Below, piece after piece: positions 1-10,156 of a DNA stretch of 64,000 nt. The stretch lies in NCBI GenBank assembly GCA_030154265.1, contig JASKKH010000001.1, positions 14,443 to 78,442 on the forward strand, in the 5' to 3' direction. This DNA comes from Clostridia bacterium (lineage in GTDB: Bacteria > Bacillota > DSM-521 > Neomoorellales > Neomoorellaceae). Every line of letters begins with the position of its first letter. The first letter of the stretch is position 1. The notes under the pieces were generated by a model, which searched no databases, had not been told where the DNA came from, and was given only the letters and a program-made list of their open reading frames with translations. The translations under genes and the position numbers were made by a program.

Positions 1-107
1 CCAATGTACAAAACGGCAAATTAGTCAACTATAGGGCAAATGTTAAAATAGCTTATGCTAATAACCCAACCTTGTCATAATTATCTGTTAAGATTTGTAG
101 AATTAAT

Positions 108-156
108 AAGTGGGAAGTTAGAGACTATACGTATTTAAACCTCTAACTCCCACTTT
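108..156 (-). terminator. Probable intrinsic terminator at the end of the spoIIA operon
   Basis: Inverted repeat aagtgggaagttagag (108-123) / ctctaactcccactt (141-155) with one bulge. The right arm overlaps the sigF stop. AT-rich tail on the minus strand. Confidence 0.4.
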
Positions 157-934
157 CTTTATTTTTCTCATCTGCTTGGAATATCTCCCTGACTTTTGCC
201 AAAGCCTGACGTTCAATCCTGGATATCTGAACTTGGGACAAGCCCATTCGCTCGGCAACTTGAGCTTGGGTTTTATCTTGGAAAAATCGTAAAACCAGGA
301 CCCGTCTATGTTTTTCCGGAAGCTTTCTTAAGACTTCCTTCAAGACAATTTTATCCATCCATGCAGGTTCTTCGGCATCATCCGAAGTTAACTGGTCAAT
401 GACATAGATTGGGTCACCATCATCTTGATAAACAGTGTCATGGATAGAACCTGGCATTTGCATAACTTCCATGGCTGCAACAATTTCTTCTCGGGATAGC
501 CTGAGGGCTTCTGCAATTTCACCTATTACCGGTTCACGGCCTAATTCTTTAGTCAATTCTTCCCGAGTGCGATTAACCTTAAAAGCTGTTTCTTTTAAGG
601 AACGACTAACTTTAACTGCACTATCATCTCGTAAAAATCTACGGATTTCACCTAAAATCATTGGTACAGCATAAGTTGAAAACCTCACCTGATAACTTAA
701 ATCAAATTTATCAATGGATTTAATTAAACCTATAGTTCCAATTTGAAACAAATCTTCTAAATCATAATTTCGGTTCTCAAAACGCTGTACCAGGTTAAAA
801 ACAAGTTTTAAATTACAATTTATTAAACGTTCCCTGGCTTCCTTATCCCCAGCCTGAGCCCGGCGTAGTAATTCTACCGTTTCTTCCTCAGACAAAAGCG
901 GAAAGCGAGGCAAATTCATTTCTGAGAGGCGCAC
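143..934 (-). CDS. sigF: Sporulation sigma factor F (SpoIIAC)
   Basis: 263 aa sigma-70 family protein (DLFQIGTIGLIKSIDKFD, STYAVPMILGEIRRFLRD, C-terminal HTH QAQVAERMGLSQVQISRIE). Third gene of a spoIIAA-spoIIAB-sigF arrangement. Confidence 0.92.
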   Translation of the reverse strand: MRLSEMNLPRFPLLSEEETVELLRRAQAGDKEARERLINCNLKLVFNLVQRFENRNYDLEDLFQIGTIGLIKSIDKFDLSYQVRFSTYAVPMILGEIRRFLRDDSAVKVSRSLKETAFKVNRTREELTKELGREPVIGEIAEALRLSREEIVAAMEVMQMPGSIHDTVYQDDGDPIYVIDQLTSDDAEEPAWMDKIVLKEVLRKLPEKHRRVLVLRFFQDKTQAQVAERMGLSQVQISRIERQALAKVREIFQADEKNKESGS

Positions 935-982
935 TTTTTTTCACCGCCACCTTAAAGAATCTGCTAATTAAACATTTGACCA

Positions 983-1432
983 TTATTTTTCTACCACTTT
1001 TTCTATATTTTTAAACATTCTAACGCGAGTCCCTTGATTAACTTCTGACGTTACGTCCAAATGATCCATAAAGGACTGCATAAATGCGAAACCTAATCCC
1101 ATTCTTTCAGGGCTACTTGAATAGTCAGGTTGCATAGCCAAAGCTATATCTTCAATACCCTTACCCTTGTCTTCTACTGTTATAACCAGTCCTTCCTCGT
1201 TTCGCTCTACTTCTACCCGAACCATACCATTGGGGTCTCCACCATAGCCATGGATTATAGAATTGGATACCGCCTCTGAAACAGCTACCTTTATTTCTTC
1301 TAACTCATTTAATTTCATATCCACTTGAGCAGCAAAAGCTGCCACAGCTACTCTAGCTAAACCAACATTTTCTGGTACACTTAAAAACTCTAAAATCATT
1401 TTGTTTTTAATTCCTGATTGCTGACCACCCAT
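983..1432 (-). CDS. spoIIAB: Anti-sigma F factor, serine kinase SpoIIAB
   Basis: 149 aa GHKL-type kinase (EAVSNSIIHGY, VEDKGKGI, GLGF). GGGGAGGGG Shine-Dalgarno 7 nt upstream of the ATG. Sits between spoIIAA and sigF. Confidence 0.9.
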   Translation of the reverse strand: MGGQQSGIKNKMILEFLSVPENVGLARVAVAAFAAQVDMKLNELEEIKVAVSEAVSNSIIHGYGGDPNGMVRVEVERNEEGLVITVEDKGKGIEDIALAMQPDYSSSPERMGLGFAFMQSFMDHLDVTSEVNQGTRVRMFKNIEKVVEK

Positions 1433-1772
1433 TGTTAAACCCCTCCCCTATTTGTTCACCGTTTTCATTCATAATTGTCATTATTTTCCCAAGCCCTGAC
1501 AATTCAAGGAGACGGCGTACTTGGGGTTGAGGTCGGTAAATAATTAATTTACCCCCCTCTTTCTTCAATCTTCGATAACGCCCTAAAATAACACCAAGAC
1601 CCGAACTGTCAATAAAGGTTACACCTGTTAAATCCAAAACTAAAACTTCCGGACGTGCATGATCTAAATTGGCTTCTAACTCCTGTCTAAAGGTGTCTGC
1701 ATTTTCTAAATCAAGTTCGCCTTTAATTCGAGCCCAAAGTTGTTTTCCTTCCATACTAAAAAATATCTGCAA
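1407..1772 (-). CDS. spoIIAA: Anti-sigma F factor antagonist SpoIIAA (STAS domain)
   Basis: STAS fold signature with phosphorylatable Ser (VTFIDSSGLGVILGRY). First gene of the operon. Start is either TTG at 1772 or ATG at 1754. Confidence 0.88.
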   Translation of the reverse strand: MQIFFSMEGKQLWARIKGELDLENADTFRQELEANLDHARPEVLVLDLTGVTFIDSSGLGVILGRYRRLKKEGGKLIIYRPQPQVRRLLELSGLGKIMTIMNENGEQIGEGFNNGWSAIRN

Positions 1773-1854
1773 GACAAAAAAACCCCCTCGGTTACATCTT
1801 CCGAAAGGGTTATTCGCTATTTATCAGCATTCTTCCTGCTAAATTATGGTAAAT

Positions 1855-3084
1855 TTATTGTCGAATGGTGAAAACTGAACGAATCACTCTAGTTAATTCT
1901 TGACTTAATGAAGCTTTCTTAACTTCTGATTGGGTAACAACATCTACCCTATCAACTTCTTTTCCATTTTTAAAGATTATTGCTTCACCAACTTTTTGCC
2001 CTTTAGCAATTGGTGCATTAATAATAGAAGGAATATTAAATTTAACAGTTACGTCTTCTTTTTTATTCCTCATGCGAGACAACCTAGCACCAACTCTATC
2101 TGTTGTTACGACACTTACTTTTTCCTTATTCCCCTTACCTACAGGTATTGAAGCAACTTCATGACCTGACTTATATAGTTCCTTAAAAGCCCATTGTTTG
2201 AAGGCCCAATTATATAGTTTCATGGACTCCTTAAAATGACCTCGTGGTGTTTCAACACCCATAACTACGGCAATTAACCTTAAACCATCTCTTTTAACTG
2301 TCGAAACCAGGTTTAAACCAGCTGCATCTGTAAAACCTGTTTTAAATCCATCTGTTCCAGGATACCAATAAAGCATTTTGTTTGTAGTATCCAATATGGA
2401 TAAGGGTTCCTTGCGAAATGTATATCTCTTAATCGAAGTCCACTCAAGAATTTGGGGATACTTTAAAGCTTCACGTGCAATAAGAGCCATATCATAGGCT
2501 GTTGTGTAGTTATTTTCATCATGGAGACCGTGGCAATTTGCAAAATGAGTATTTTTAAGCCCTAATTCTTTAGCCTTTTTATTCATTAACTCAACAAAAG
2601 CTTCCTCAGTTCCTGCGAGGTGCTCAGCAACTGCTACAGCAGCATCATTAGCTGAAGCAACTGCGATGGCTATCATCATTTCTTCTAATGGAAATGTCTC
2701 TCCGGTTTCTAAAAATACTTCGGAACCCCCAAAACTCTCAGCCCGCTCACTAGTTTGTACGGGTTCGTCCAGTGTAGCCTGACCATTAGCCACCATGTCC
2801 ATGGTTACCACCATGGTCATTAATTTGGTCATACTAGCAGGGTAATAACGGTCGTGAGCATTCTGTTCCCATAAGATTTCACCAGTTTGGGGATCCATGA
2901 GAACAGCACCTTTAGCATCCAACTTAAACCCAGAATTTTTGTTATCCTCTCTTAAAACATCTGCTGTCGAGTTCTCAGCACCTTGAGAGTCTTGGTTTTG
3001 GTTGTTAGCTATTAAAAAGCCTGATCCCAGGACGAGACCCAGGAGTAAGACTAAAACCAAACTAAAACCAATTGCTTTTTTCAC
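1855..3084 (-). CDS. dacF: D-alanyl-D-alanine carboxypeptidase (peptidase S11), sporulation-type by position
   Basis: Signal peptide, SxxK (ASMTKLM), SxN (SAND) and KTG (FKTGFT) motifs. Lies immediately upstream of the spoIIA operon, as dacF does in Bacillus. GTG start preceded by a G7 Shine-Dalgarno. Confidence 0.8.
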   Translation of the reverse strand: MKKAIGFSLVLVLLLGLVLGSGFLIANNQNQDSQGAENSTADVLREDNKNSGFKLDAKGAVLMDPQTGEILWEQNAHDRYYPASMTKLMTMVVTMDMVANGQATLDEPVQTSERAESFGGSEVFLETGETFPLEEMMIAIAVASANDAAVAVAEHLAGTEEAFVELMNKKAKELGLKNTHFANCHGLHDENNYTTAYDMALIAREALKYPQILEWTSIKRYTFRKEPLSILDTTNKMLYWYPGTDGFKTGFTDAAGLNLVSTVKRDGLRLIAVVMGVETPRGHFKESMKLYNWAFKQWAFKELYKSGHEVASIPVGKGNKEKVSVVTTDRVGARLSRMRNKKEDVTVKFNIPSIINAPIAKGQKVGEAIIFKNGKEVDRVDVVTQSEVKKASLSQELTRVIRSVFTIRQ

Positions 3085-3177
3085 CCCATTGCCCCCCCTA
3101 CCAGGCTTGTATTAATCACTATTTAAATATATTAGCAATGGGGTTAAAAAATGTATTAAAAAGAGAATAATTCACAT

Positions 3178-4353
3178 TTAATAAATTATTGTTTGAGCAA
3201 AGCTTTCTCCGGATAAATTATAAGGTACCCCTAATAAATCTGCTACAGTTGCCCCAAGGTCAGCAAAAGTTGAACGAGTAGGAATTTTAGTAGGTTTAAT
3301 ACGGTCACCATAAACTAAAACAGGTACATGCTCTCTAGAATGGTCTGTACTGGGAGTAGTTGGATCACAACCATGGTCTGCAGTTATAATTAAAACATCA
3401 TTCTTATTTAAGGCATCTAATAAATCAGGGATTCGAGCATCAAAGTCTTCAAGGGCAGAAGCATAACCATCAACATCATTACGATGACCATACTGCATAT
3501 CGAAATCTACTAGATTAGTAAAAATCAATCCAATTTTTCCTTCACGCATAAAATTACATGTCTGATCGACACCATCCATATTGTCATGGGTATAAATCCA
3601 TCGAGTAATTCCCCGACCAGCAAAGATATCTTTTATCTTCCCTACGGCCATTACCTCCAAACCAGCTTCACTTACAGCATCTAACAAAGTAGGTTTGGGA
3701 GGAACTAGAGAAAAATCGTGACGTCGGTCGGTTCGTACAAAGTTTCCGGGTTTCCCTATAAAGGGCCTGGCAATAACTCGACCTACGGCATGTTCACCCT
3801 TTAATAGCTTACGGGCAATTTTACAGATTTCATATAATTCTTGCACTGGGATAACATCTTCATGAGCCGCAATTTGAAAAACGCTATCAGCCGAGGTATA
3901 AACAATAGGCTTTCCTGTCTTTATATGTTCAGCCCCTAGCTCCTCAATAATGGCTGTACCAGAAGCCGGTTTATTACCTAATACTTCTCGCCCTATTTCT
4001 TTTTCGAAAGCTTCAATTATTTCTTTAGGAAATCCATTTGGATATACAGGAAAAGGTTTATCTAATATTAAACCTGACAATTCCCAATGCCCACTTGTTG
4101 TATCTTTACCAGCTGATTTAGAGGCCATTTTTCCGTAAGCTGCCTCTGGCTTTTCTGCAGACTTTATATTTCTTAGTTCAATAATATTACCAATACCTAA
4201 CCGTTCTAGATTAGGTAATTTCAAATGTACTCTCTCAGCAATATTACCTAACGTATTACTACCTTCATCGCCATATTTGTCAGCATCGGGCAAAGCGCCA
4301 ACACCAACACTGTCCAAAACAATAAGAACAACTCTATCTATTGACACTTTCAA
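3178..4353 (-). CDS. deoB: Phosphopentomutase
   Basis: 391 aa with [23 protein letters not shown] and [10 protein letters not shown] motifs of the metal-dependent phosphopentomutase family. Confidence 0.9.
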   Translation of the reverse strand: MKVSIDRVVLIVLDSVGVGALPDADKYGDEGSNTLGNIAERVHLKLPNLERLGIGNIIELRNIKSAEKPEAAYGKMASKSAGKDTTSGHWELSGLILDKPFPVYPNGFPKEIIEAFEKEIGREVLGNKPASGTAIIEELGAEHIKTGKPIVYTSADSVFQIAAHEDVIPVQELYEICKIARKLLKGEHAVGRVIARPFIGKPGNFVRTDRRHDFSLVPPKPTLLDAVSEAGLEVMAVGKIKDIFAGRGITRWIYTHDNMDGVDQTCNFMREGKIGLIFTNLVDFDMQYGHRNDVDGYASALEDFDARIPDLLDALNKNDVLIITADHGCDPTTPSTDHSREHVPVLVYGDRIKPTKIPTRSTFADLGATVADLLGVPYNLSGESFAQTIIY

Positions 4354-4373
4354 TTCTCCTTTAAAAGTAGATT

Positions 4374-5261
4374 TTATGCTCTAGGATGTGTCTGATCGTA
4401 AACCTCACGAATTTTCTTTTTAGTAAGGTGAGTATATATTTGAGTAGTCCCTATATCAGCATGGCCTAATAATTCCTGAACAGAACGCAAGTCAGCACCA
4501 TTCTCTAATAAATGAGTAGCAAAAGAATGACGCAAGGTATGGGGTGTAATGTCTTTCTTCAAATTAGCCGCGCGAGCATATGCTTTAATGATTTTCCAAC
4601 AACCTTGCCGGGAAATTGAGCGACCATGTTGATTAACAAATAATGCCGGTTCCGTTTTTTCTTTAATTAGCTTACCCCTCCCTTTTTCTATATATGTCCG
4701 TACATAAAAACATGCTACTTGACCCATGGGGACTATTCTTTCTTTAGAACCTTTCCCCATACAACGAATAAATTCACCTTCCAGGTTAACCTGATCAACA
4801 GTAAGTTTAATTAACTCAGAAACTCTTAAACCTGTAGCATAAAGAAGTTCAAGCATAGCTTTATCTCTTAGCCCGGCTGGAGTATCCAACCGAGGCTGGG
4901 CGAGGAGCTTTTCAACCTCATCTACTGTTAAAATCTGAGGTAATTTTTTGGATTGTCTGGGAGATTCCATATTAGCAGTAGGATCATTGTCCACCAGTTT
5001 TTCCCTTAATAAAAACTGATGAAAAGATTTAAGTGCTGCCAGATGTTGGCAAATAGTGGCTGGTGATTTACCCTTCTGCTGCATTTTTACCATGTAAGCA
5101 ACTATTAAACCCCGACTTACTTCATTAAAAGAATTTACTCCTGCTTCTTTAAGATATTTAATATACTGTTCTAAACCAGTACTGTAAGACTGAAGGGTAT
5201 TTTCAGCCAAACCCCGTTCCACTACAAGATAATAAAGATATTCATCCAACAACTGGTGCAC
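4374..5261 (-). CDS. xerD: Site-specific tyrosine recombinase XerD
   Basis: 295 aa with SAM-like N-domain and catalytic region ([35 protein letters not shown]). Confidence 0.88.
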   Translation of the reverse strand: MHQLLDEYLYYLVVERGLAENTLQSYSTGLEQYIKYLKEAGVNSFNEVSRGLIVAYMVKMQQKGKSPATICQHLAALKSFHQFLLREKLVDNDPTANMESPRQSKKLPQILTVDEVEKLLAQPRLDTPAGLRDKAMLELLYATGLRVSELIKLTVDQVNLEGEFIRCMGKGSKERIVPMGQVACFYVRTYIEKGRGKLIKEKTEPALFVNQHGRSISRQGCWKIIKAYARAANLKKDITPHTLRHSFATHLLENGADLRSVQELLGHADIGTTQIYTHLTKKKIREVYDQTHPRA

Positions 5262-5344
5262 AACACATCACCATTCTTTTTATATTTTTTTACATTAATT
5301 CAACATTTTCAGGATAATTTCCTCCAATAAAACCAGATAAACCC

Positions 5345-5371
5345 ATAAAAAAACCGCCATTATGGCGGGTT
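5345..5371 (-). terminator. Intrinsic terminator
   Basis: Minus strand reads aacccgcca-taa-tggcgg followed by ttttttt, directly after the stop of the 77-aa ORF. Confidence 0.65.
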
Positions 5372-5375
5372 AATT

Positions 5376-5609
5376 TTATTTTCCTTGATAAAATTCTCTT
5401 AGTTTTTCCAATAACCCTGAAAAAACGCTGGAATTTTCAGCTTGCGTAGAAATTGTCGCTTGTTCTTGTTCATTGAGAGGAACAGTATTATTGGCTACAT
5501 TATCCATGTTATTCCAAATTAATTGTCCGATCAAAACCCCTAAAACCAATATTCCTGCCATTAACCAAACCAGCTTCCGTCTCCAGTTACTAATTGTCAC
5601 AACTACCAT
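5376..5609 (-). CDS. Small membrane protein, function unknown
   Basis: 77 aa with one N-terminal TM helix (LVWLMAGILVLGVLIGQLIW). Sits between spoIIM and xerD and is followed by a terminator. Confidence 0.5.
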   Translation of the reverse strand: MVVVTISNWRRKLVWLMAGILVLGVLIGQLIWNNMDNVANNTVPLNEQEQATISTQAENSSVFSGLLEKLREFYQGK

Positions 5610-5628
5610 GGTTAATCCCCTCCATTCC

Positions 5629-6237
5629 TTAAAAATAATTTAACACTACCCTAGCAAAGACCGGCGACAGATAGGCTTCGACCATTCCTCCACCTACTAA
5701 TACCAGAGTTATAAAAAACATGTAGATAGAGTAGGCAAAGAAACGCTGCCATAAAGCCGTCTGGATATTGCCACGTAATAATCCCAGTGAAAAAGATATA
5801 CTCAATATAGTAGCAACAAACAAAGCAGGAATCTGTATCAGATTAGGCGGTAAAATTGTAAGTAAAGAAAATGCTACCCCTTGAAATGCTTTTTGCTCAA
5901 TTATGAAACCAACTGTAAACCCCAACACAAAACCTTTTAAGAAAATAATGGCTACAATTAAAGGAATGCCAACAACAGTTAAGCCCAAAAACCAAACCAA
6001 GCCTGTTTCTTTAATACTATTTATCAGTGCCTGGTAAACTACCTTATTTAATTCAGGAGTAGTACCATCAAATTGTTTGAAGATATTATCAAGGTAATCA
6101 GCCAGTTGGATTACGTGTTGTCTATCCAGAAACTGAATAACTAAGGTCCCAGTCACAATTCCGCCAACAAAAAACAAAGTGACAGTCAGGTACAAGCCTA
6201 AATTATCTTTTATGTGGCTTAAAAGGGCTTTTTCCAC
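5629..6237 (-). CDS. spoIIM: Stage II sporulation protein M
   Basis: 202 aa polytopic membrane protein of SpoIIM size and topology, in the xerD/spoIIM/nudF neighbourhood typical of sporeformers. Confidence 0.75.
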   Translation of the reverse strand: MEKALLSHIKDNLGLYLTVTLFFVGGIVTGTLVIQFLDRQHVIQLADYLDNIFKQFDGTTPELNKVVYQALINSIKETGLVWFLGLTVVGIPLIVAIIFLKGFVLGFTVGFIIEQKAFQGVAFSLLTILPPNLIQIPALFVATILSISFSLGLLRGNIQTALWQRFFAYSIYMFFITLVLVGGGMVEAYLSPVFARVVLNYF

Positions 6238-6304
6238 CTCACTCCCCTCCCGGTTTCCAGGTAGTAAATATCCTCTCCTAGATAGATATGCCGGAAAAGG
6301 TTAA

Positions 6305-6841
6305 TTATGTATCTAAAGTATAAGCAACAGCTAATATACTGGAAATTGTTTTAGCATCCTGAATCTCACCTTTAAGAATCTTATTAACAGCATCTTTTAA
6401 AGGTATTTTTATAACCTCAAGAAATTCATCCTCATCTTTGTCTTCTATGTGGGGTGTTAGCCCCTTTGCTAAGAAGGCGTGCATAATTTCATTAGAAAAA
6501 CCGGGTGTTGTATAAAAGGTTAAAATTTTTTGCCATTCGCTAGCTGCCACTCCTACTTCTTCAGCCAGTTCCCTTTTGGCACAATCGAGCGGGTCTTCCC
6601 CGCCATCAAGTTTTCCAGCAGGAACTTCAAGAAGAACCTTGTTGACGGGATATCTAAACTGACGAACAAGATAGATATTTTTATCATCATCTAAAGCTAC
6701 AATCGATACAGCACCTGGATGATCAACAACCTCACGACTTGAGGTTTTCCCGTTAGGTAGTTTTACTTGATCCCGGTGTACCTTTAGAATTTTTCCATCA
6801 AAAATCTCTTCAGAAGATATCTTGATTTCCGTAAGGTCCAT
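6305..6841 (-). CDS. nudF: ADP-ribose pyrophosphatase (Nudix hydrolase)
   Basis: 178 aa with Nudix box GKLDGGEDPLDCAKRELAEEVG. Confidence 0.82.
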   Translation of the reverse strand: MDLTEIKISSEEIFDGKILKVHRDQVKLPNGKTSSREVVDHPGAVSIVALDDDKNIYLVRQFRYPVNKVLLEVPAGKLDGGEDPLDCAKRELAEEVGVAASEWQKILTFYTTPGFSNEIMHAFLAKGLTPHIEDKDEDEFLEVIKIPLKDAVNKILKGEIQDAKTISSILAVAYTLDT

Positions 6842-7162
6842 CTCATTACCCCCAAAGATAATCTAATCTCCAATTCCATTATCTGGATAATTATACCATA
6901 CTAACTATAATTACCCCATATTTTTAAATAACAAGCCTTTTCATCTTGTTCAAACGAGCTTTAACTATAATGGCACAAGGCTTTTCATCGTTTACAAACC
7001 AACGGGTAAACCTCTTGTTTATTTCTTGAAGATGAAAAAAATGGTATAAGGGTGAGGCCGTGTGTCTACTAAAAAGGAGAAACCCAAGATCAATGTATCT
7101 TTTTCAAATTTTACCCCAATTATCCATTCTGCACTTTGGTAAAAACCCTTGCTTGTAGACTT

Positions 7163-10144
7163 TTAATCTAGAATCTTTGTTAAGATTTTATCAATATTAT
7201 CAAACCAGTAATCTTTGTACCCCGATGCTAATTTATTTACATCATTGGTGTTTAGAAACGAGTAGACTTTAACATTCAGCTCCCCGTACTTAAAACTAAT
7301 CTTATTTTTACCTTCTTGTTCAAAAAGCCCACTATACCCATCAATCTTGTGTTCATAATCGGTATGCTCTGTCCCTTTGGGGTCTATGAACACAATGAAA
7401 TAATCATTTCCTTTTTGCAGCCAAAAAACAAAATCCGGTTTAAAATGGCTAATACTATTTAACTTCGGATTGTAATAAGGAATATAAACTTCATCGAGGC
7501 TTTCGTCTAATTTACTAAATAACCACCAATCGAATTCCTTAAATTTATTATTTTCCTGCTCTAAATATTGTTCTAAATGATTAATGAAATTTATTTCACT
7601 TGGAGTTTGAATTATATGTTGAATAAAGTCTATGGCTTCATTTTCACCTGATAGAATAAGAGGAATATAATAGTGGTTTGAAATATACTTAACTTTAAGC
7701 TGCTTACCCTGATACTCAACTTTTTCCTCTTTCTCCATTAAGACAGTTTTCTTTATGGCTTTTTTATATTCTTCCTTTGAAATTTCCCCACGTTCGAATT
7801 TGCTATCTAGTTCAGCTTCTAGTTTATAAGGGTCTTTATATCTCTGAACTTTACTAATTTTATTTTTTAGTTCAGTAATATCCTCAAGCTTGATTTTTAT
7901 ATTTTTGAAATGCGTTATTTCGTCTTTTAAATCCTTAAATTTTTTAAAACCCTGAGGAACTATGCTGAAATAATTTATAATCCGACGTATAAGAAGTTCA
8001 AGATTATTGTTTAATTTCCGTTCAGTGTATTTGTAATAGTCGTCTGGATTTTTAAGGCTTTTAAGAAGAAAATTGATTTTTTCCGGTGAAGTATCGCATA
8101 AAGCGAGTAATACCCTTTCATCCCCAATATATTTGATATAATTCTTTAGTAATCTTAATTCGTCTTTAGTAATCTCAAACTTAGAATATTTCAGTTTATC
8201 AGTTAATAAACGTTTAGATTTCTTGTAAACAGGAATAAGTAATTTATGCTGTTTTACTTTTTCATTAACAGAAAGTGAAAGAGAATTAGCCTCATCTTCT
8301 TTATTTTCCTTAACAAGCTCACTTATAACTGTCTGTAAAACATCACGGTTAGTACCAAAAATAAATAGAGTTTCCAGAGGCAAGACATATTTCTTTAATT
8401 TCTGGAAAAGGCTTTCCTCTACTTCATTAGAATTATAAAGGGTTAATAATCGCTTTTTTTTGTTTTTTATAGGCTCGATACGGACACCCCTACCGACAGA
8501 CTGAAGGATAAATTTCTTAGCTTTAGCACCAGTCCCAATGTTAATAAAGTTAATTACATTAGGTCGGTTAGAGTCCCAACCTTCGTAAAAACCACGTGAC
8601 CCCATGAGAATGTTTATATCTGAATCATCTGCATTTAGTCGATCAAAATAGCTATTATCTTCAAAATGTTCATTTACCTCATATCCCGACAATTCTTCCT
8701 TTAGCCATCCAGATATGTCACCAATCTTAATAAGGGCAAATGGACGGTCACTTGTTTTTAATTTAAACACCAACTCCTGTTTATTCGAAGGCCTTATAAA
8801 AACCTCTATATCACCAGCTCCACTGGCATTATAGACATGTTTTAAAATATCGTTATGATTTAAACTATCAAAAACGTCTTTTTTTACTTTAAAAAAATCT
8901 TCCTCAAGCATTAAAGGTGGTTTTTGTTTTAATTCCGTCCAAAGTTCTTCTTTAGCAGTTTTCCACAATTCATTACTTATTTCTCCCTGGCCAATCTTTT
9001 CTAGTTGGTGAAAGAAAAGTTTAAGGTCTGCATCTTTGGTATTAACTGAATTTACTAAAGTAAGGAGCAATGGTTTATGGTATAGGTCTTTTGCTAACCT
9101 GAGATTACATACTTTTTCATAGTACTTGTGGATGTAGGTAAGCATTATTAAAGATTTTAGTACCACTTTCTTTTTCTCTTCGTTACTATAATCCTCCCCT
9201 TCTTTAAAACCGCGGGTTTCCTGTTTCAGAATAGAGATATGCTTACCAAACCCCGCTCTTATAAACTTAGACAGGTTAAAATTAAAAAGGGTTGTCAGAT
9301 AATCGCGTTGATCTGTAAAAGTTGCCGAGAAATTAAATAAAAAACCGTTACGTGACAAAATAGAGTAAATATGTTGACGTTTTGAGTCCTCTTTATCACC
9401 CTTATGGGCTTCATCCAGCAATATATACCATTTACCTTCATTATCAAAATTAGCGAAATCAATAATTTTTTCTTTCTGTTCGTCATTTATGTTATCAGAT
9501 CGGTAGTAGAAAACTGTTATTTCCCAATCTTTAAATAGTGAGGGACTCTCTCTTTTAACTTCTGCATAATCACGTAATTCCCTCAACTTGATATTTAGGT
9601 CACTATGGGCAGCATTAAACTCTTCAACATGTTTTTTAAACTGATTTATTAAATCATCTCGATGGGTTAAAAATAAAATGTCATGAGGTGGTATTTCTCC
9701 TCTTTTAATAAGCTCCCTTAATAGTTCTATAAGTTTGATAATAACTAACGTTTTACCGCTTCCTGTGGCCATCCAAAAGCAAGCTCTATTGATAAAATGC
9801 TGATATGATATCTTACCATTTTCTATCTCATAATAGTTTTCGAGAAGGTTCTTTAGCTTGTTATTTTTTTTAATTAAAAGATTTATATCGCCATCAAAAC
9901 CATTATCATGATACCAGTTATATAGCTTTGTTTTTCGTTTGCTGTTTATTTGTTGGGTTTCTTCTGGATCCCAGTTATAAAAATCTTCATAGTATTTCCA
10001 TAGAAACTTAATTGTATTTTTTAAGGCCTGTTGTTGATAGTCCCAAAGTTGCTTATTACTCGAAAAACTATTTAAATCCAAGGAAGTCCAATTAGCAGGT
10101 AAAGTATCATAGAAAATATTTTCAACCATTTCCTGTAGAAACAC
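7163..10144 (-). CDS. res: Type III restriction enzyme Res subunit (SF2 helicase plus C-terminal PD-(D/E)xK nuclease)
   Basis: 993 aa with Walker A MATGSGKTLV, DEAH box LLDEAHKG, SAT-like motif FSATF and motif VI QSVGRGVRI. C-terminal nuclease-like KPDFVFW...IVFIDPKG. Lies 12 nt downstream of the mod gene. Confidence 0.82.
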   Translation of the reverse strand: MFLQEMVENIFYDTLPANWTSLDLNSFSSNKQLWDYQQQALKNTIKFLWKYYEDFYNWDPEETQQINSKRKTKLYNWYHDNGFDGDINLLIKKNNKLKNLLENYYEIENGKISYQHFINRACFWMATGSGKTLVIIKLIELLRELIKRGEIPPHDILFLTHRDDLINQFKKHVEEFNAAHSDLNIKLRELRDYAEVKRESPSLFKDWEITVFYYRSDNINDEQKEKIIDFANFDNEGKWYILLDEAHKGDKEDSKRQHIYSILSRNGFLFNFSATFTDQRDYLTTLFNFNLSKFIRAGFGKHISILKQETRGFKEGEDYSNEEKKKVVLKSLIMLTYIHKYYEKVCNLRLAKDLYHKPLLLTLVNSVNTKDADLKLFFHQLEKIGQGEISNELWKTAKEELWTELKQKPPLMLEEDFFKVKKDVFDSLNHNDILKHVYNASGAGDIEVFIRPSNKQELVFKLKTSDRPFALIKIGDISGWLKEELSGYEVNEHFEDNSYFDRLNADDSDINILMGSRGFYEGWDSNRPNVINFINIGTGAKAKKFILQSVGRGVRIEPIKNKKKRLLTLYNSNEVEESLFQKLKKYVLPLETLFIFGTNRDVLQTVISELVKENKEDEANSLSLSVNEKVKQHKLLIPVYKKSKRLLTDKLKYSKFEITKDELRLLKNYIKYIGDERVLLALCDTSPEKINFLLKSLKNPDDYYKYTERKLNNNLELLIRRIINYFSIVPQGFKKFKDLKDEITHFKNIKIKLEDITELKNKISKVQRYKDPYKLEAELDSKFERGEISKEEYKKAIKKTVLMEKEEKVEYQGKQLKVKYISNHYYIPLILSGENEAIDFIQHIIQTPSEINFINHLEQYLEQENNKFKEFDWWLFSKLDESLDEVYIPYYNPKLNSISHFKPDFVFWLQKGNDYFIVFIDPKGTEHTDYEHKIDGYSGLFEQEGKNKISFKYGELNVKVYSFLNTNDVNKLASGYKDYWFDNIDKILTKILD

Positions 10145-10156
10145 CCTATCACCTCC

